Source of the DNA: Klebsiella phage P-K7R
DNA: 51,908 nucleotides
Sequence record: OM317910.1
Direction: 5' to 3' (one strand)
Shown here: positions 38,003-45,949 of the stretch, in pieces
How positions within the stretch are numbered: position 1 is the stretch's first letter
How the letters are laid out: every line of letters begins with the position of its first letter
Program-made: the position numbers and the translations under genes
Notes under the pieces: generated by a model
Told to the model about the DNA's origin: nothing
Databases searched by the model: none
What the model saw: only the letters and a program-made list of their open reading frames with translations

Positions 38003-38452
38003 TTAGCTTTTTGTGCTGTCCGCAAAATCAGACTCCTTGACTACTCGCAGCATTTCGCGGCGGTCACATTTGCGGTTAAGCGCTTTGCCGTTCGAGTCGA
38101 AACGCAGATCTGGACGGCAGAATGAAGCGCGATAACCCTTGCAACCCTGGCGTTTGTAGTCGCGGTGTACTCGTTCGGCACCGCTGGCGGAAATCATGCC
38201 ACGCTTTCGCCATTGCTGGATTGTCTGATGGGTAACACCAAGGCGGCGGCACATTTCCGCTTGAGTTCCGTAATATTCGCGGATAATATCCAGTCGCGCC
38301 CGCAGACCTGCCCGCACTTCATCTTTAAGCACATAGTAACCCGTTTTGCGCTTGCGTGGCTTTTTGTCTTTACCGCGCCGGGTTCCGTTGTTGCCGTTGA
38401 GTGTGCGCTTGTCAATCTTTCCGGTTGATACTGCAATGCGTGGCTCTTTCAT
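38003..38452 (-). CDS. HTH DNA-binding protein (YdaS/Cro-like), candidate regulator
   Basis: YYGTQAEMCRRLGVTHQTIQQWRKRGMIS helix-turn-helix; ATG 38452 with TAGGAG upstream within ORF 38003..38554. Confidence 0.8.
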   Translation of the reverse strand: MKEPRIAVSTGKIDKRTLNGNNGTRRGKDKKPRKRKTGYYVLKDEVRAGLRARLDIIREYYGTQAEMCRRLGVTHQTIQQWRKRGMISASGAERVHRDYKRQGCKGYRASFCRPDLRFDSNGKALNRKCDRREMLRVVKESDFADSTKS

Positions 38453-38466
38453 AAAAATATCTCCTA

Positions 38467-38509
38467 TAGCACTTTTTGCTAAAAATTTTCGTTTTGAGGC
38501 GTTTATTAT
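38467..38509 (+). promoter_or_regulatory. Palindrome TAGCACTTTTTGCTA + N22 + TATTAT, in divergent HTH/helicase intergenic region
   Basis: Direct reading; on the minus strand the palindrome lies between -10 (TATAAT) and the HTH gene RBS. Confidence 0.85.
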
Positions 38510-38541
38510 AACCGCAAACGAACCAACGTTAAAGGCTAAAA

Positions 38542-40542
38542 ATGGCAATTCCAAATATCAAACGGCAGATTTCAACACTTGGCGATGCAGTCATTAAGGC
38601 GCTGCAATCACGCTTTACGGTTGGCGATATCGTGCCTTATCCATATCAATGCGTCGCGTACACCGAGATCGCAAAGCGCATGAAAAATTACGAGCACCCT
38701 TTCTTTGTGAAGGCGTCCGTATCCGCTGGCAAAACAATCATCTTCGCAATGGTTGCCGCGCAGTGTAAGCGCATGGGCCTGAAAATGATGGTTCTGGCCC
38801 GCCAGGCTGAAATTGTGGATCAGGATTCAGAAGAGATTAGTAACTTTGGCGTGCCTAACTCCATCTATTGCGCCGGACTGAAAACCAAAAGCGCATACTT
38901 TCCGATCGTGGTTGGCTCGGAAGGGACGGTTTCGAATGGTCTGTTTAAAGCGCTTGGCGACTACGTTCCGCACGTTATCGGGATCGATGAATGCCACCAG
39001 GTCGATTGGGAAGATTTGGCGGAGGCGATCGAGAACAATGAGCCATACGAGCAAATGACCACTAAAAAAGGCGCGTTTGTCCTGAATGGTGACGGCTCCT
39101 ATGTTTTCAACCAAGACGGCGAGCCAATGAAGGGAACCGGGCGCAGCCAATACACCGTTATCATTCGCGAAATGCAGCGCCGTTGCAAAGAAACCTACGG
39201 GCATGAATTGCGCATTTTCGGAATGACTGGCTCTGAGTTTCGCGGCGTCGTTCCAATCCTCGTTGAAGATAAGCGCGTTCGCGGATTCTGGCGTGAGCAG
39301 GTTACGAACATTGACACCAACTACCTGATCGAAGTCGGTTCCGTTGTCCCTACCAACTTTGGCAATGTGGATGGACTCGGATATGACCTATCAGAGTTCG
39401 AGGCGTCAAGCGAGGACGGCGTTGCAGATTTCGACCTGAAAACCTTAAAGGCGATGGAGGAAAAAATTCACAGCGACGCCACCATGACGCAAAAAATCAT
39501 GGCCCGCGTGCATGAGATCTGCAAAGACCGAAACGGGGTTTTGGTAACGTGCGCCGGGGAACGTCACTGCAAGGAGGCGGCAGCGGCTTTGCCACCTGGC
39601 ACAACTTACCGGATCATTACTGGCAAGACTGGCGAGCAGCAGCGCAAAACATGGCTCCGCGAGGCTTTCGAGGGGAAAGTTAAATACATTTTCCAGGTTA
39701 TGGCCTTAACCACTGGCGTTAACGTTCCGTTTTGGGATACGTCTGTTATTCTGCGCAAAATAGGATCGCTAACCTTGTTGATTCAGTTGCTGGGGCGCGG
39801 AATGCGACTGCTTAAAAAGTGGCACATCGACCAGGGTTACAAGAAAGATGATCACCTGGTGTTAGACTTCGCCGGATGCCTTGATGAGTTGGGCCAGCTT
39901 TACTTTGATCCGATACTTGAGCAGGCGCAGTATCAAAACCGATTCTCGACGGGCAAAGATCCGAAGTTCTGCCCAATTTGCGGGACGGAAAACAGCTTCC
40001 ACGCTCGCCGCTGCATTCACACCGACGCAGACGGCAACCGCTGCGAGCATTTCTGGACTTCGCGAACCTGTGAGGATCAGAAAGACCCGCGAACCGGAAA
40101 GATTGTCGTTCACGGATGCGGGACAAAAAACGACGTGGTAGCCAGGGTTTGCAGACATTGCGATGCGTCATTGGTTGACCCAAACAAAAAGCTAAGTGGA
40201 AAGCACTACACTAAAAACGATTGGTGTAACGTGAAATCCTTCCGGGTGGATATGACCAAAAACCAGAAGGGGATCATATTCTGCTATGAGCTGGAGGCGC
40301 ACGGCGAAACGTTCAAGGCTTACGAGAAGTTTTTCCCTGAGTCTGACAGCCAGATCTGCAAAGCAAAATGGCGTCAAGCGGCGCTGGCTCACATTGTGGA
40401 TCGCAGGATTGCGGGGGTAACGGCAAGTTATCGGAATGCACGCAAAATCATGGGGAATGCACATCACATCATGGCCCCGGTTCGCGTGACGCACCGCAAA
40501 AATGGCAAGGGTGAGGATATTATTTACAAACGGGAGTTCTGA
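38542..40542 (+). CDS. Superfamily 2 DEAD/DEAH-box helicase
   Basis: VSAGKTIIFAMVAA, IDECHQV, QLLGRGMRL; C-terminal Cys clusters. Confidence 0.92.
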   Translation: MAIPNIKRQISTLGDAVIKALQSRFTVGDIVPYPYQCVAYTEIAKRMKNYEHPFFVKASVSAGKTIIFAMVAAQCKRMGLKMMVLARQAEIVDQDSEEISNFGVPNSIYCAGLKTKSAYFPIVVGSEGTVSNGLFKALGDYVPHVIGIDECHQVDWEDLAEAIENNEPYEQMTTKKGAFVLNGDGSYVFNQDGEPMKGTGRSQYTVIIREMQRRCKETYGHELRIFGMTGSEFRGVVPILVEDKRVRGFWREQVTNIDTNYLIEVGSVVPTNFGNVDGLGYDLSEFEASSEDGVADFDLKTLKAMEEKIHSDATMTQKIMARVHEICKDRNGVLVTCAGERHCKEAAAALPPGTTYRIITGKTGEQQRKTWLREAFEGKVKYIFQVMALTTGVNVPFWDTSVILRKIGSLTLLIQLLGRGMRLLKKWHIDQGYKKDDHLVLDFAGCLDELGQLYFDPILEQAQYQNRFSTGKDPKFCPICGTENSFHARRCIHTDADGNRCEHFWTSRTCEDQKDPRTGKIVVHGCGTKNDVVARVCRHCDASLVDPNKKLSGKHYTKNDWCNVKSFRVDMTKNQKGIIFCYELEAHGETFKAYEKFFPESDSQICKAKWRQAALAHIVDRRIAGVTASYRNARKIMGNAHHIMAPVRVTHRKNGKGEDIIYKREF

Positions 40543-40544
40543 TC

Positions 40545-40970
40545 ATGATTGATAGGGGTGATTATCTGGAATATTACGAACGAGATCCGGGAGACACGCG
40601 CAAGGAGGATGCGCACCAGGTTGATTGCGTGGCGTGGTTGCGCCACCATTACCCCCACTTGCTTTTTTGGCACACTGTGAACGAGGGGCAAAAGACCATC
40701 ACCAGCGCGTTGAGGGACGAGCAAGCCGGATTGCTTAAAGGCGTTTCTGATTTCATTATCCTGATTGGCATCAATGCGCCCTACCCTTTCGCGGCTATAG
40801 AGTTGAAGCGGGTCAACAAATCAGGCAAAGGGAAGGCGTCACCAGTCAGCGACGAGCAGAAAGCTTTCTTGCGTGACGTTCGCCAGCGCGGAGGGTTCGC
40901 GGCTGTAGCCTACGGGTTTAATCAATTCAAGCTGGCTATAAATGATTTGGTAAATAGCACGAATTGCTAA
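40545..40970 (+). CDS. VRR-NUC domain nuclease
   Basis: FWHTVNEGQ...GVSDFIILI...FAAIELKR...VSDEQKAFL. Confidence 0.9.
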   Translation: MIDRGDYLEYYERDPGDTRKEDAHQVDCVAWLRHHYPHLLFWHTVNEGQKTITSALRDEQAGLLKGVSDFIILIGINAPYPFAAIELKRVNKSGKGKASPVSDEQKAFLRDVRQRGGFAAVAYGFNQFKLAINDLVNSTNC

Positions 40971-40997
40971 AACGTTGGGAATGGATTCCCTTATATT
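40955..40997 (+). promoter_or_regulatory. Palindrome TAGCACGAATTGCTA + N22 + TATATT
   Basis: Direct reading; GGGAAT/ATTCCC hairpin just upstream of -10. Confidence 0.85.
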
Positions 40998-41028
40998 ACA
41001 CACATCGAAACAAGACGGAGACAAACAA

Positions 41029-41295
41029 ATGAAAAAACTACTTGCTGCTGTGATCTTATCAACCATTGCGTTAACTGGCTGCGATAATAAAGTAACTTAC
41101 GATTGCGGTGACGAGAAATTTGTTCTCAAAGGCGATCGACTTATATCAAATGGCTACGTCATAGAGCATGAATTTGATAACACATACAAGCTTGACACGT
41201 GGGCCGGAACAATTCGCTACACGCTGTTAGATAATGGTATTGATGCTCAGTTTGGCGGCATGAAAAAATTCAAAGAGTGCAAAGTGATCAAGTAA
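41029..41295 (+). CDS. Small secreted lipoprotein
   Basis: MKKLLAAVILSTIALTGC lipobox. Confidence 0.85.
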   Translation: MKKLLAAVILSTIALTGCDNKVTYDCGDEKFVLKGDRLISNGYVIEHEFDNTYKLDTWAGTIRYTLLDNGIDAQFGGMKKFKECKVIK

Positions 41296-41314
41296 TAATA
41301 TTGGAGATTATACA

Positions 41315-42040
41315 ATGGCTAAAGATATTCAAGACAAAGACACTCACGACGCATTTATTACTTTTGAGCAGTTAGAGCGCGAGAATTTTATTACAAACGC
41401 TCTTGTAACTGGCGGACACTATCAAGCTGTAAAACCTGATAAATATTACCAGGTAACAGGCAACCGATATGCAGGAAGCAAAACGCCGGATGTAGTCCGC
41501 GATTTATGGGCCACCCCTCGCGAGGTTGTGGAATACATGGAAAGCCGCTATGGAAAATATGATCTTGACGCGGCGGCGAGCGAGAACAATAAGGTTTGCG
41601 ATAAATTCTATAGTAAAGAGACAAATTGCCTAAAGCGCTGGTGGGGAAGCAAAAAGCACGTTTGGCTTAATCCTCCATATAGCAACCCAACGCCGTTTGT
41701 TAAAAAGGCAATCGAGCAGATGGAGCACGAAAACCAGATCGATATATTGCTTCCCGCTGATAACTCAACCGCCTGGTTTGTTGAGGCGCAGAAAAACGCA
41801 GCGGAAATTATCTGGATCACTGGCGAGGTTTGGGAGGAGGAAGGGATCGAGTATGCCCGAACCGGGAGATTAGCGTTTATTTCTGGCCTGACTGGTGAGC
41901 CAGTAAGCGGCAACAATAAAGGCAGCGTTATCTTTGTGATGCGCGAATTAAAAGAGGGCGAGCAGCAGCAAACTCACTATGTTGGAATCAGCGAGATTTG
42001 CCCGTCCGTGAAAAACAAAAGAGCAAAGGCGAGAGGTTAA
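41315..42040 (+). CDS. Phage-type DNA N6-adenine methyltransferase
   Basis: DLWATPREVV..., FDLDAAAS-like KYDLDAAASENN, VWLNPPYSNPTPFVKKA. Confidence 0.9.
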   Translation: MAKDIQDKDTHDAFITFEQLERENFITNALVTGGHYQAVKPDKYYQVTGNRYAGSKTPDVVRDLWATPREVVEYMESRYGKYDLDAAASENNKVCDKFYSKETNCLKRWWGSKKHVWLNPPYSNPTPFVKKAIEQMEHENQIDILLPADNSTAWFVEAQKNAAEIIWITGEVWEEEGIEYARTGRLAFISGLTGEPVSGNNKGSVIFVMRELKEGEQQQTHYVGISEICPSVKNKRAKARG

Positions 42041-42044
42041 TATT

Positions 42045-42281
42045 ATGAGCATTCGTTTGTCACCACAAAATCAATGGGATCTCTTTGTCGGCATGGTTTG
42101 CCGATTGCTGGCGGAGCACGAATATAACGGGAATATTTACGAAATGGCCTCCTGCCTTGATATGACGTTTGAAGAAGTTAAGCTAAAGCCGATCTGTATG
42201 TGGCGCGAGCACATAGAATCAGAGTTGCTGGAATACAAGAGAAGCGACGGCAAATACGAGTTTAACTCAAACTTCAAATAG
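42045..42281 (+). CDS. Hypothetical protein
   Basis: ORF; TAG stop is the start of a palindrome. Confidence 0.65.
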   Translation: MSIRLSPQNQWDLFVGMVCRLLAEHEYNGNIYEMASCLDMTFEEVKLKPICMWREHIESELLEYKRSDGKYEFNSNFK

Positions 42282-42321
42282 CACGAATTGCTAAACATGC
42301 CCGGCGAGAGTCGGGCATAAT
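42279..42321 (+). promoter_or_regulatory. Palindrome TAGCACGAATTGCTA + N22 + CATAAT
   Basis: Direct reading; ATGCCCG/CGGGCAT hairpin ending in -10. Confidence 0.85.
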
Positions 42322-42350
42322 CACATCCAACGAAACGAAAGGAGAAAAAC

Positions 42351-42545
42351 ATGAAAGTTTACAACCAACGCGCAAAACGAATCGCTCACGAAATCGCACG
42401 CGAGGCGGTAGAGGGCGGCAGCGAAAACGGATTCAATTTCGATTGGGATTGCGCAATGGTATTCCTGAAAGTTGCATATGGTTACGCATCAATTGAAGTA
42501 ATGGAAAACATAGGAGCTATTGATGAAAGTAGAGAGCGGGCGTGA
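42351..42545 (+). CDS. Hypothetical protein
   Basis: ORF with GGAG. Confidence 0.65.
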   Translation: MKVYNQRAKRIAHEIAREAVEGGSENGFNFDWDCAMVFLKVAYGYASIEVMENIGAIDESRERA

Positions 42546-42768
42546 GGCAGTTTGGCAACACGCCAAGGAATGCGGGATGAGCGAGGATATAGCACGAATT
42601 GCTAAATTCTTCGAGATAAAGGATGTTAGTATTATCAGCAACGGGAAAATGACATACTTACACGAAAGGCCGCGTAAGATGCACAGAGTCCCGGCGATAC
42701 CAACAAAGATCGATTACAAAGCAGTAATCGAAAAAACCAAAGAGCAAAAGAAATATTACAAGATGTGA
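42520..42768 (+). CDS. Hypothetical protein, possible HTH segment (DIARIAKFFEIKDVSII)
   Basis: ORF overlapping upstream gene. Confidence 0.55.
   Translation: MMKVESGREAVWQHAKECGMSEDIARIAKFFEIKDVSIISNGKMTYLHERPRKMHRVPAIPTKIDYKAVIEKTKEQKKYYKM
42590..42632 (+). promoter_or_regulatory. Intragenic palindrome TAGCACGAATTGCTA + N22 + TAGTAT
   Basis: Direct reading, inside ORF 42520..42768. Confidence 0.65.
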
Positions 42769-42779
42769 GGATTTTTGTT

Positions 42780-42860
42780 ATGTGGCGCTTGTTTGCTTTA
42801 CCGTTTCCCGTTATCATCGCGACCGCGATTATGTACAAAATTATCATGTTAGGAGCTTAA
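42780..42860 (+). CDS. Micro membrane protein MWRLFALPFPVIIATAIMYKIIMLGA
   Basis: Manual translation, 26 aa. Confidence 0.45.
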   Translation: MWRLFALPFPVIIATAIMYKIIMLGA

Positions 42861-42863
42861 AAG

Positions 42864-43985
42864 ATGGCAGTAGCAAAAATGACAGATCAGCAGTTTAAAG
42901 ATGCACGCGCAGCCGGGAAAACTTACAAGCAGATCGCGGAGGAGTTCGGATTGAACATCCGCAGCGTTGAGCGACGAGCGGCACGCTTGGCCCGCGCCGG
43001 GGAAACTGACATTAAAGGAGCGCCAGGTTTTGCGGTTGTTCGCGAGTCTGTTTTGACCAGGGCGAACGGCGAGGAGGTGATGCGCTGGACAATCACCAAT
43101 AAGGATAAAGAGCAATTAGAGGCTCTAATGCAAGCGGCTATGGAGGCTTTCGCGGAAGATGTGCCACGCCTTCCGGCACAGGAAGAGAAAGAGCAGGACT
43201 ATTCCGAAACGCTGGCGCTATATCCGATCTTTGATATGCATCTCGGCGCAATGGCCCATAAGCACGAATGCGGCGAGAATTGGGACACCGCAACGGCGGA
43301 GCGGGTAATGAACGACTTTTTTGACTACTCAATCGAACGAGCGCCAAATAGTGAGAAAGCTGTGCTCCTGATTGGTGGCGATATGCTCCACAGTGACGGA
43401 CTGGAAGCGGTGACGCCAGCAAGCGGGCATGTTCTGGATCAGGACAGCCGATACGCAAAACTTGTTTATGTTGCAATCCGCGCCACTCGCCGGGCAGTTT
43501 CTAAAATGCTTTCCAAGCACAAAGAGGTTGAGATCCAGATTATCGAGGGTAATCACGACCAATCAGGCATGATTTGGCTTCGGGCGGCAATGGCGGCAGC
43601 ATACGAAAACGAGCCAAGGGTTTATGTTGACGTTTCCCCGCGCGTTGTTCATCACACGCAGTACGGAAAGACCTTCCTGGCTTACCATCACGGCCACACT
43701 GTGCGCAAGCCGGAAACCCTTTTGATGATGTGCGCCGCAGACTGGCGGGAGGATTTCGGGATCTCAAAATCAATGTATGCTCACGTAGGCCACTGGCATC
43801 ACCAGACCGTAACAGAAACCAGCCTGGGGATCGTGGAAGTTCACAGCACTATGGCGGCCAAAGATGCATACGCCGCGCGTGGCGGTTGGCGCTCTCGTCG
43901 TCGGGCGGCGGTAATCGTATACGATAAAGAGTTTGGCGAGGTCGGGCGCTTTATGTTCTACCCTGAAATGATGGAGACTAAATAA
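42864..43985 (+). CDS. Calcineurin-like metallophosphoesterase with N-terminal HTH
   Basis: DMHLGA, GGDMLHSDG, EGNHDQSG, GHWHH; N-terminal YKQIAEEFGLNIRSVERRAARL. Confidence 0.88.
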   Translation: MAVAKMTDQQFKDARAAGKTYKQIAEEFGLNIRSVERRAARLARAGETDIKGAPGFAVVRESVLTRANGEEVMRWTITNKDKEQLEALMQAAMEAFAEDVPRLPAQEEKEQDYSETLALYPIFDMHLGAMAHKHECGENWDTATAERVMNDFFDYSIERAPNSEKAVLLIGGDMLHSDGLEAVTPASGHVLDQDSRYAKLVYVAIRATRRAVSKMLSKHKEVEIQIIEGNHDQSGMIWLRAAMAAAYENEPRVYVDVSPRVVHHTQYGKTFLAYHHGHTVRKPETLLMMCAADWREDFGISKSMYAHVGHWHHQTVTETSLGIVEVHSTMAAKDAYAARGGWRSRRRAAVIVYDKEFGEVGRFMFYPEMMETK

Positions 43986-44158
43986 TGAAAGTTCGCTGCA
44001 TTCGTAACAATTCAACCGCATTACCTTACATCGTTGGCGCAGTTTATCGGGCGGTTGCAATTCCTGGTGGGCTGTACGAGATCCGCGATGGTCAAGGTAG
44101 CGCGATACTGGCACCACTTGAGGGGCATTACCTGACCTTTTTACCAATTGAAAAGTGA
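43985..44158 (+). CDS. Hypothetical 57-aa protein MKVRCIRNNSTALPYIVGAVYRAV...
   Basis: Manual translation. Confidence 0.55.
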   Translation: MKVRCIRNNSTALPYIVGAVYRAVAIPGGLYEIRDGQGSAILAPLEGHYLTFLPIEK

Positions 44159-44177
44159 TTTGATTCAATGGCTTACT

Positions 44178-44206
44178 GGGCGCTGTGATTTAACAGCGCC
44201 CTTTTT
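44178..44206 (+). terminator. Terminator GGGCGCTG-TGATTTAA-CAGCGCCCTTTTT
   Basis: Perfect 8-bp stem plus U tract. Confidence 0.85.
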
Positions 44207-44274
44207 CTATTATAAACTTGCGCAATCCCGGTTAACATGTAATCACCCATTAACAAAACTTATCGAGGTGTAAA

Positions 44275-44490
44275 ATGAAAGACTTTCTAAACGCTGCAAC
44301 CGCCGGGACTGGCGGATCTGCTTTAACCAGTGCCGCAACAAGTCAAATCACTATTGCGGTTATCAGTATGGCCTTCATGATCGCGTTTGGCGCGTGGGGC
44401 GCTTATCTCCGTTGGCGGGATAGCAAAGCATTACGGGAAGCCCTGGAAACAGGGGATCTGAAACGAGCAATCGAGATCAGAGGTAAATAA
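44275..44490 (+). CDS. Holin-like small membrane protein
   Basis: Single TM segment, directly before endolysin. Confidence 0.65.
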   Translation: MKDFLNAATAGTGGSALTSAATSQITIAVISMAFMIAFGAWGAYLRWRDSKALREALETGDLKRAIEIRGK

Positions 44491-44493
44491 TCG

Positions 44494-44988
44494 ATGAAGT
44501 TAAAAAATATGGTTGTAGCTGGCGCTGTTAGTGCCGCTCTTGCCATAACTTCACCACTATTAGAGGAGATCGAAGGAATCCGGTTCAAGCCTTATAAGGA
44601 TATCGCGGGCATCTGGACAGTTTGCGCCGGAATTACTGGCCCTGATGTGGTGCTGGGCAAGACTTACACGCAAAAAGAATGTGATCTATTACTTCAAAAG
44701 CATATCAAGCATGCAGCAACCGCAGTTGATAAGGCGGTCAAGGTAGAGATTCCAGCAACAATGCGGGCGGCTATGTACTCGTTTACGTTTAACGCTGGCG
44801 TTGGAGCATTTCAGAAGTCAACAATGCTAAAGCTTATTAACCAGGGCAAGCTATACGAAGCATGCGACGAGCTTTGGAAATGGACTTATTACCGCAACCC
44901 GAAAACGGGCAAGCGTGAAAAATCTAAGGGGCTGCATAACAGGCGGGCCGTTGAATTTAAATACTGCGTTAAGGAGTTACCGAAATGA
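44494..44988 (+). CDS. Endolysin, GH24 lysozyme with N-terminal signal-arrest-release-like segment
   Basis: [27 protein letters not shown]; hydrophobic N-terminus [15 protein letters not shown]. Confidence 0.88.
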   Translation: MKLKNMVVAGAVSAALAITSPLLEEIEGIRFKPYKDIAGIWTVCAGITGPDVVLGKTYTQKECDLLLQKHIKHAATAVDKAVKVEIPATMRAAMYSFTFNAGVGAFQKSTMLKLINQGKLYEACDELWKWTYYRNPKTGKREKSKGLHNRRAVEFKYCVKELPK

Positions 44989-45422
44989 ACGATCAGGACT
45001 ACGAACGAGCTAACAGAATAACCGCTATCATTTTGCTGATCATGTTGATAGTGTCGGCGCTATTGCTATCAGGTTGCTCGACGTCAAGCGCTCTGACTGG
45101 TTTAGTCGGCAGTAAGCCGGAAATCACAGCGCAAGCCGGGGCCGAAAACGTAAAGCAGGCTGTAGGGGTAACGGCAAAGCAGGACGCCAGCAGCAAGCAG
45201 GAAACGACCTTCAAAGAGTCAAGCGTTGGCAAGGTTGATACTTCCAACAAAAAGCAGGTGAGCAATTCAAGCATCCAGGCGGAAATGATAAAAGCCGATA
45301 AGATAGAAATCAGCAACGGGCGCAATGATTTGTATCCTATTCTTTTCTGCATTGCTTGCTTCTTCACCGCTGGATTCCTTAGCGGGATTCTTTGGAGCGG
45401 GAGAAAAAATAAAGGAGCCTAA
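44985..45422 (+). CDS. Unimolecular spanin candidate
   Basis: N-terminal lipobox LLLSGC and C-terminal TM segment [21 protein letters not shown] in one protein after endolysin. Confidence 0.8.
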   Translation: MNDQDYERANRITAIILLIMLIVSALLLSGCSTSSALTGLVGSKPEITAQAGAENVKQAVGVTAKQDASSKQETTFKESSVGKVDTSNKKQVSNSSIQAEMIKADKIEISNGRNDLYPILFCIACFFTAGFLSGILWSGRKNKGA

Positions 45423-45436
45423 CGGCTCCTTTTTTC
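45411..45436. terminator. Bidirectional terminator AAAGGAGCC-TAAC-GGCTCCTTTTTT
   Basis: Stem between convergent operons. Confidence 0.9.
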
Positions 45437-45629
45437 ATTCCATCAATCTTACATTGACCAGCAAAACCCCGTCCTCATCATGCAAGTTGTGCTCCTTGGC
45501 CGGATTGGCTCGCATATCGCTATACAGGATCATTAACAGCGCACCAATCATCACCTCATGAGATACCGAATTTTCGGCGCAAAATTTCGTAATTGTATTG
45601 ATTAGATTTTGAGCTTCCAAATAATTCAT
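45435..45629 (-). CDS. Hypothetical protein
   Basis: ORF. Confidence 0.6.
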   Translation of the reverse strand: MNYLEAQNLINTITKFCAENSVSHEVMIGALLMILYSDMRANPAKEHNLHDEDGVLLVNVRLME

Positions 45630-45948
45630 CGTCGCTTAACTCGTCCAGGTGAAACAGATCGTGGATGTATTTATTGCTTTCGCCTTCCAGGCTGTACAAC
45701 TCGAAGTTAAAAGGCCGTTTGTGCGAGCCGTAGCACGTCGCTACGCCCTTATTTAAGTCAAGGTAGCCCAACGTACACATTCGCGGGATAAACTCAAGAG
45801 AGACGCTTGAGGCGAATTTACGAGGGGTCATATTTGCGGCCCTCGCGAGCCGCTCGCATTCCCGATGCTTAAAAACAAACCTTGCCAGGTGCTGGCGGTT
45901 AAACCAGTCGTAACTTTCACAAAATTTGTACAAATCGAGAAGAAACAT
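45556..45948 (-). CDS. Hypothetical protein
   Basis: ORF. Confidence 0.65.
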   Translation of the reverse strand: MFLLDLYKFCESYDWFNRQHLARFVFKHRECERLARAANMTPRKFASSVSLEFIPRMCTLGYLDLNKGVATCYGSHKRPFNFELYSLEGESNKYIHDLFHLDELSDDELFGSSKSNQYNYEILRRKFGIS

Positions 45949-45949
45949 T

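Noticed and set aside
38500-38541. Plasmid-like or phage origin in the HTH/helicase intergenic region
   Set aside because: Short, explained by divergent promoters and the palindrome; no iterons or A/T-rich unwinding element.
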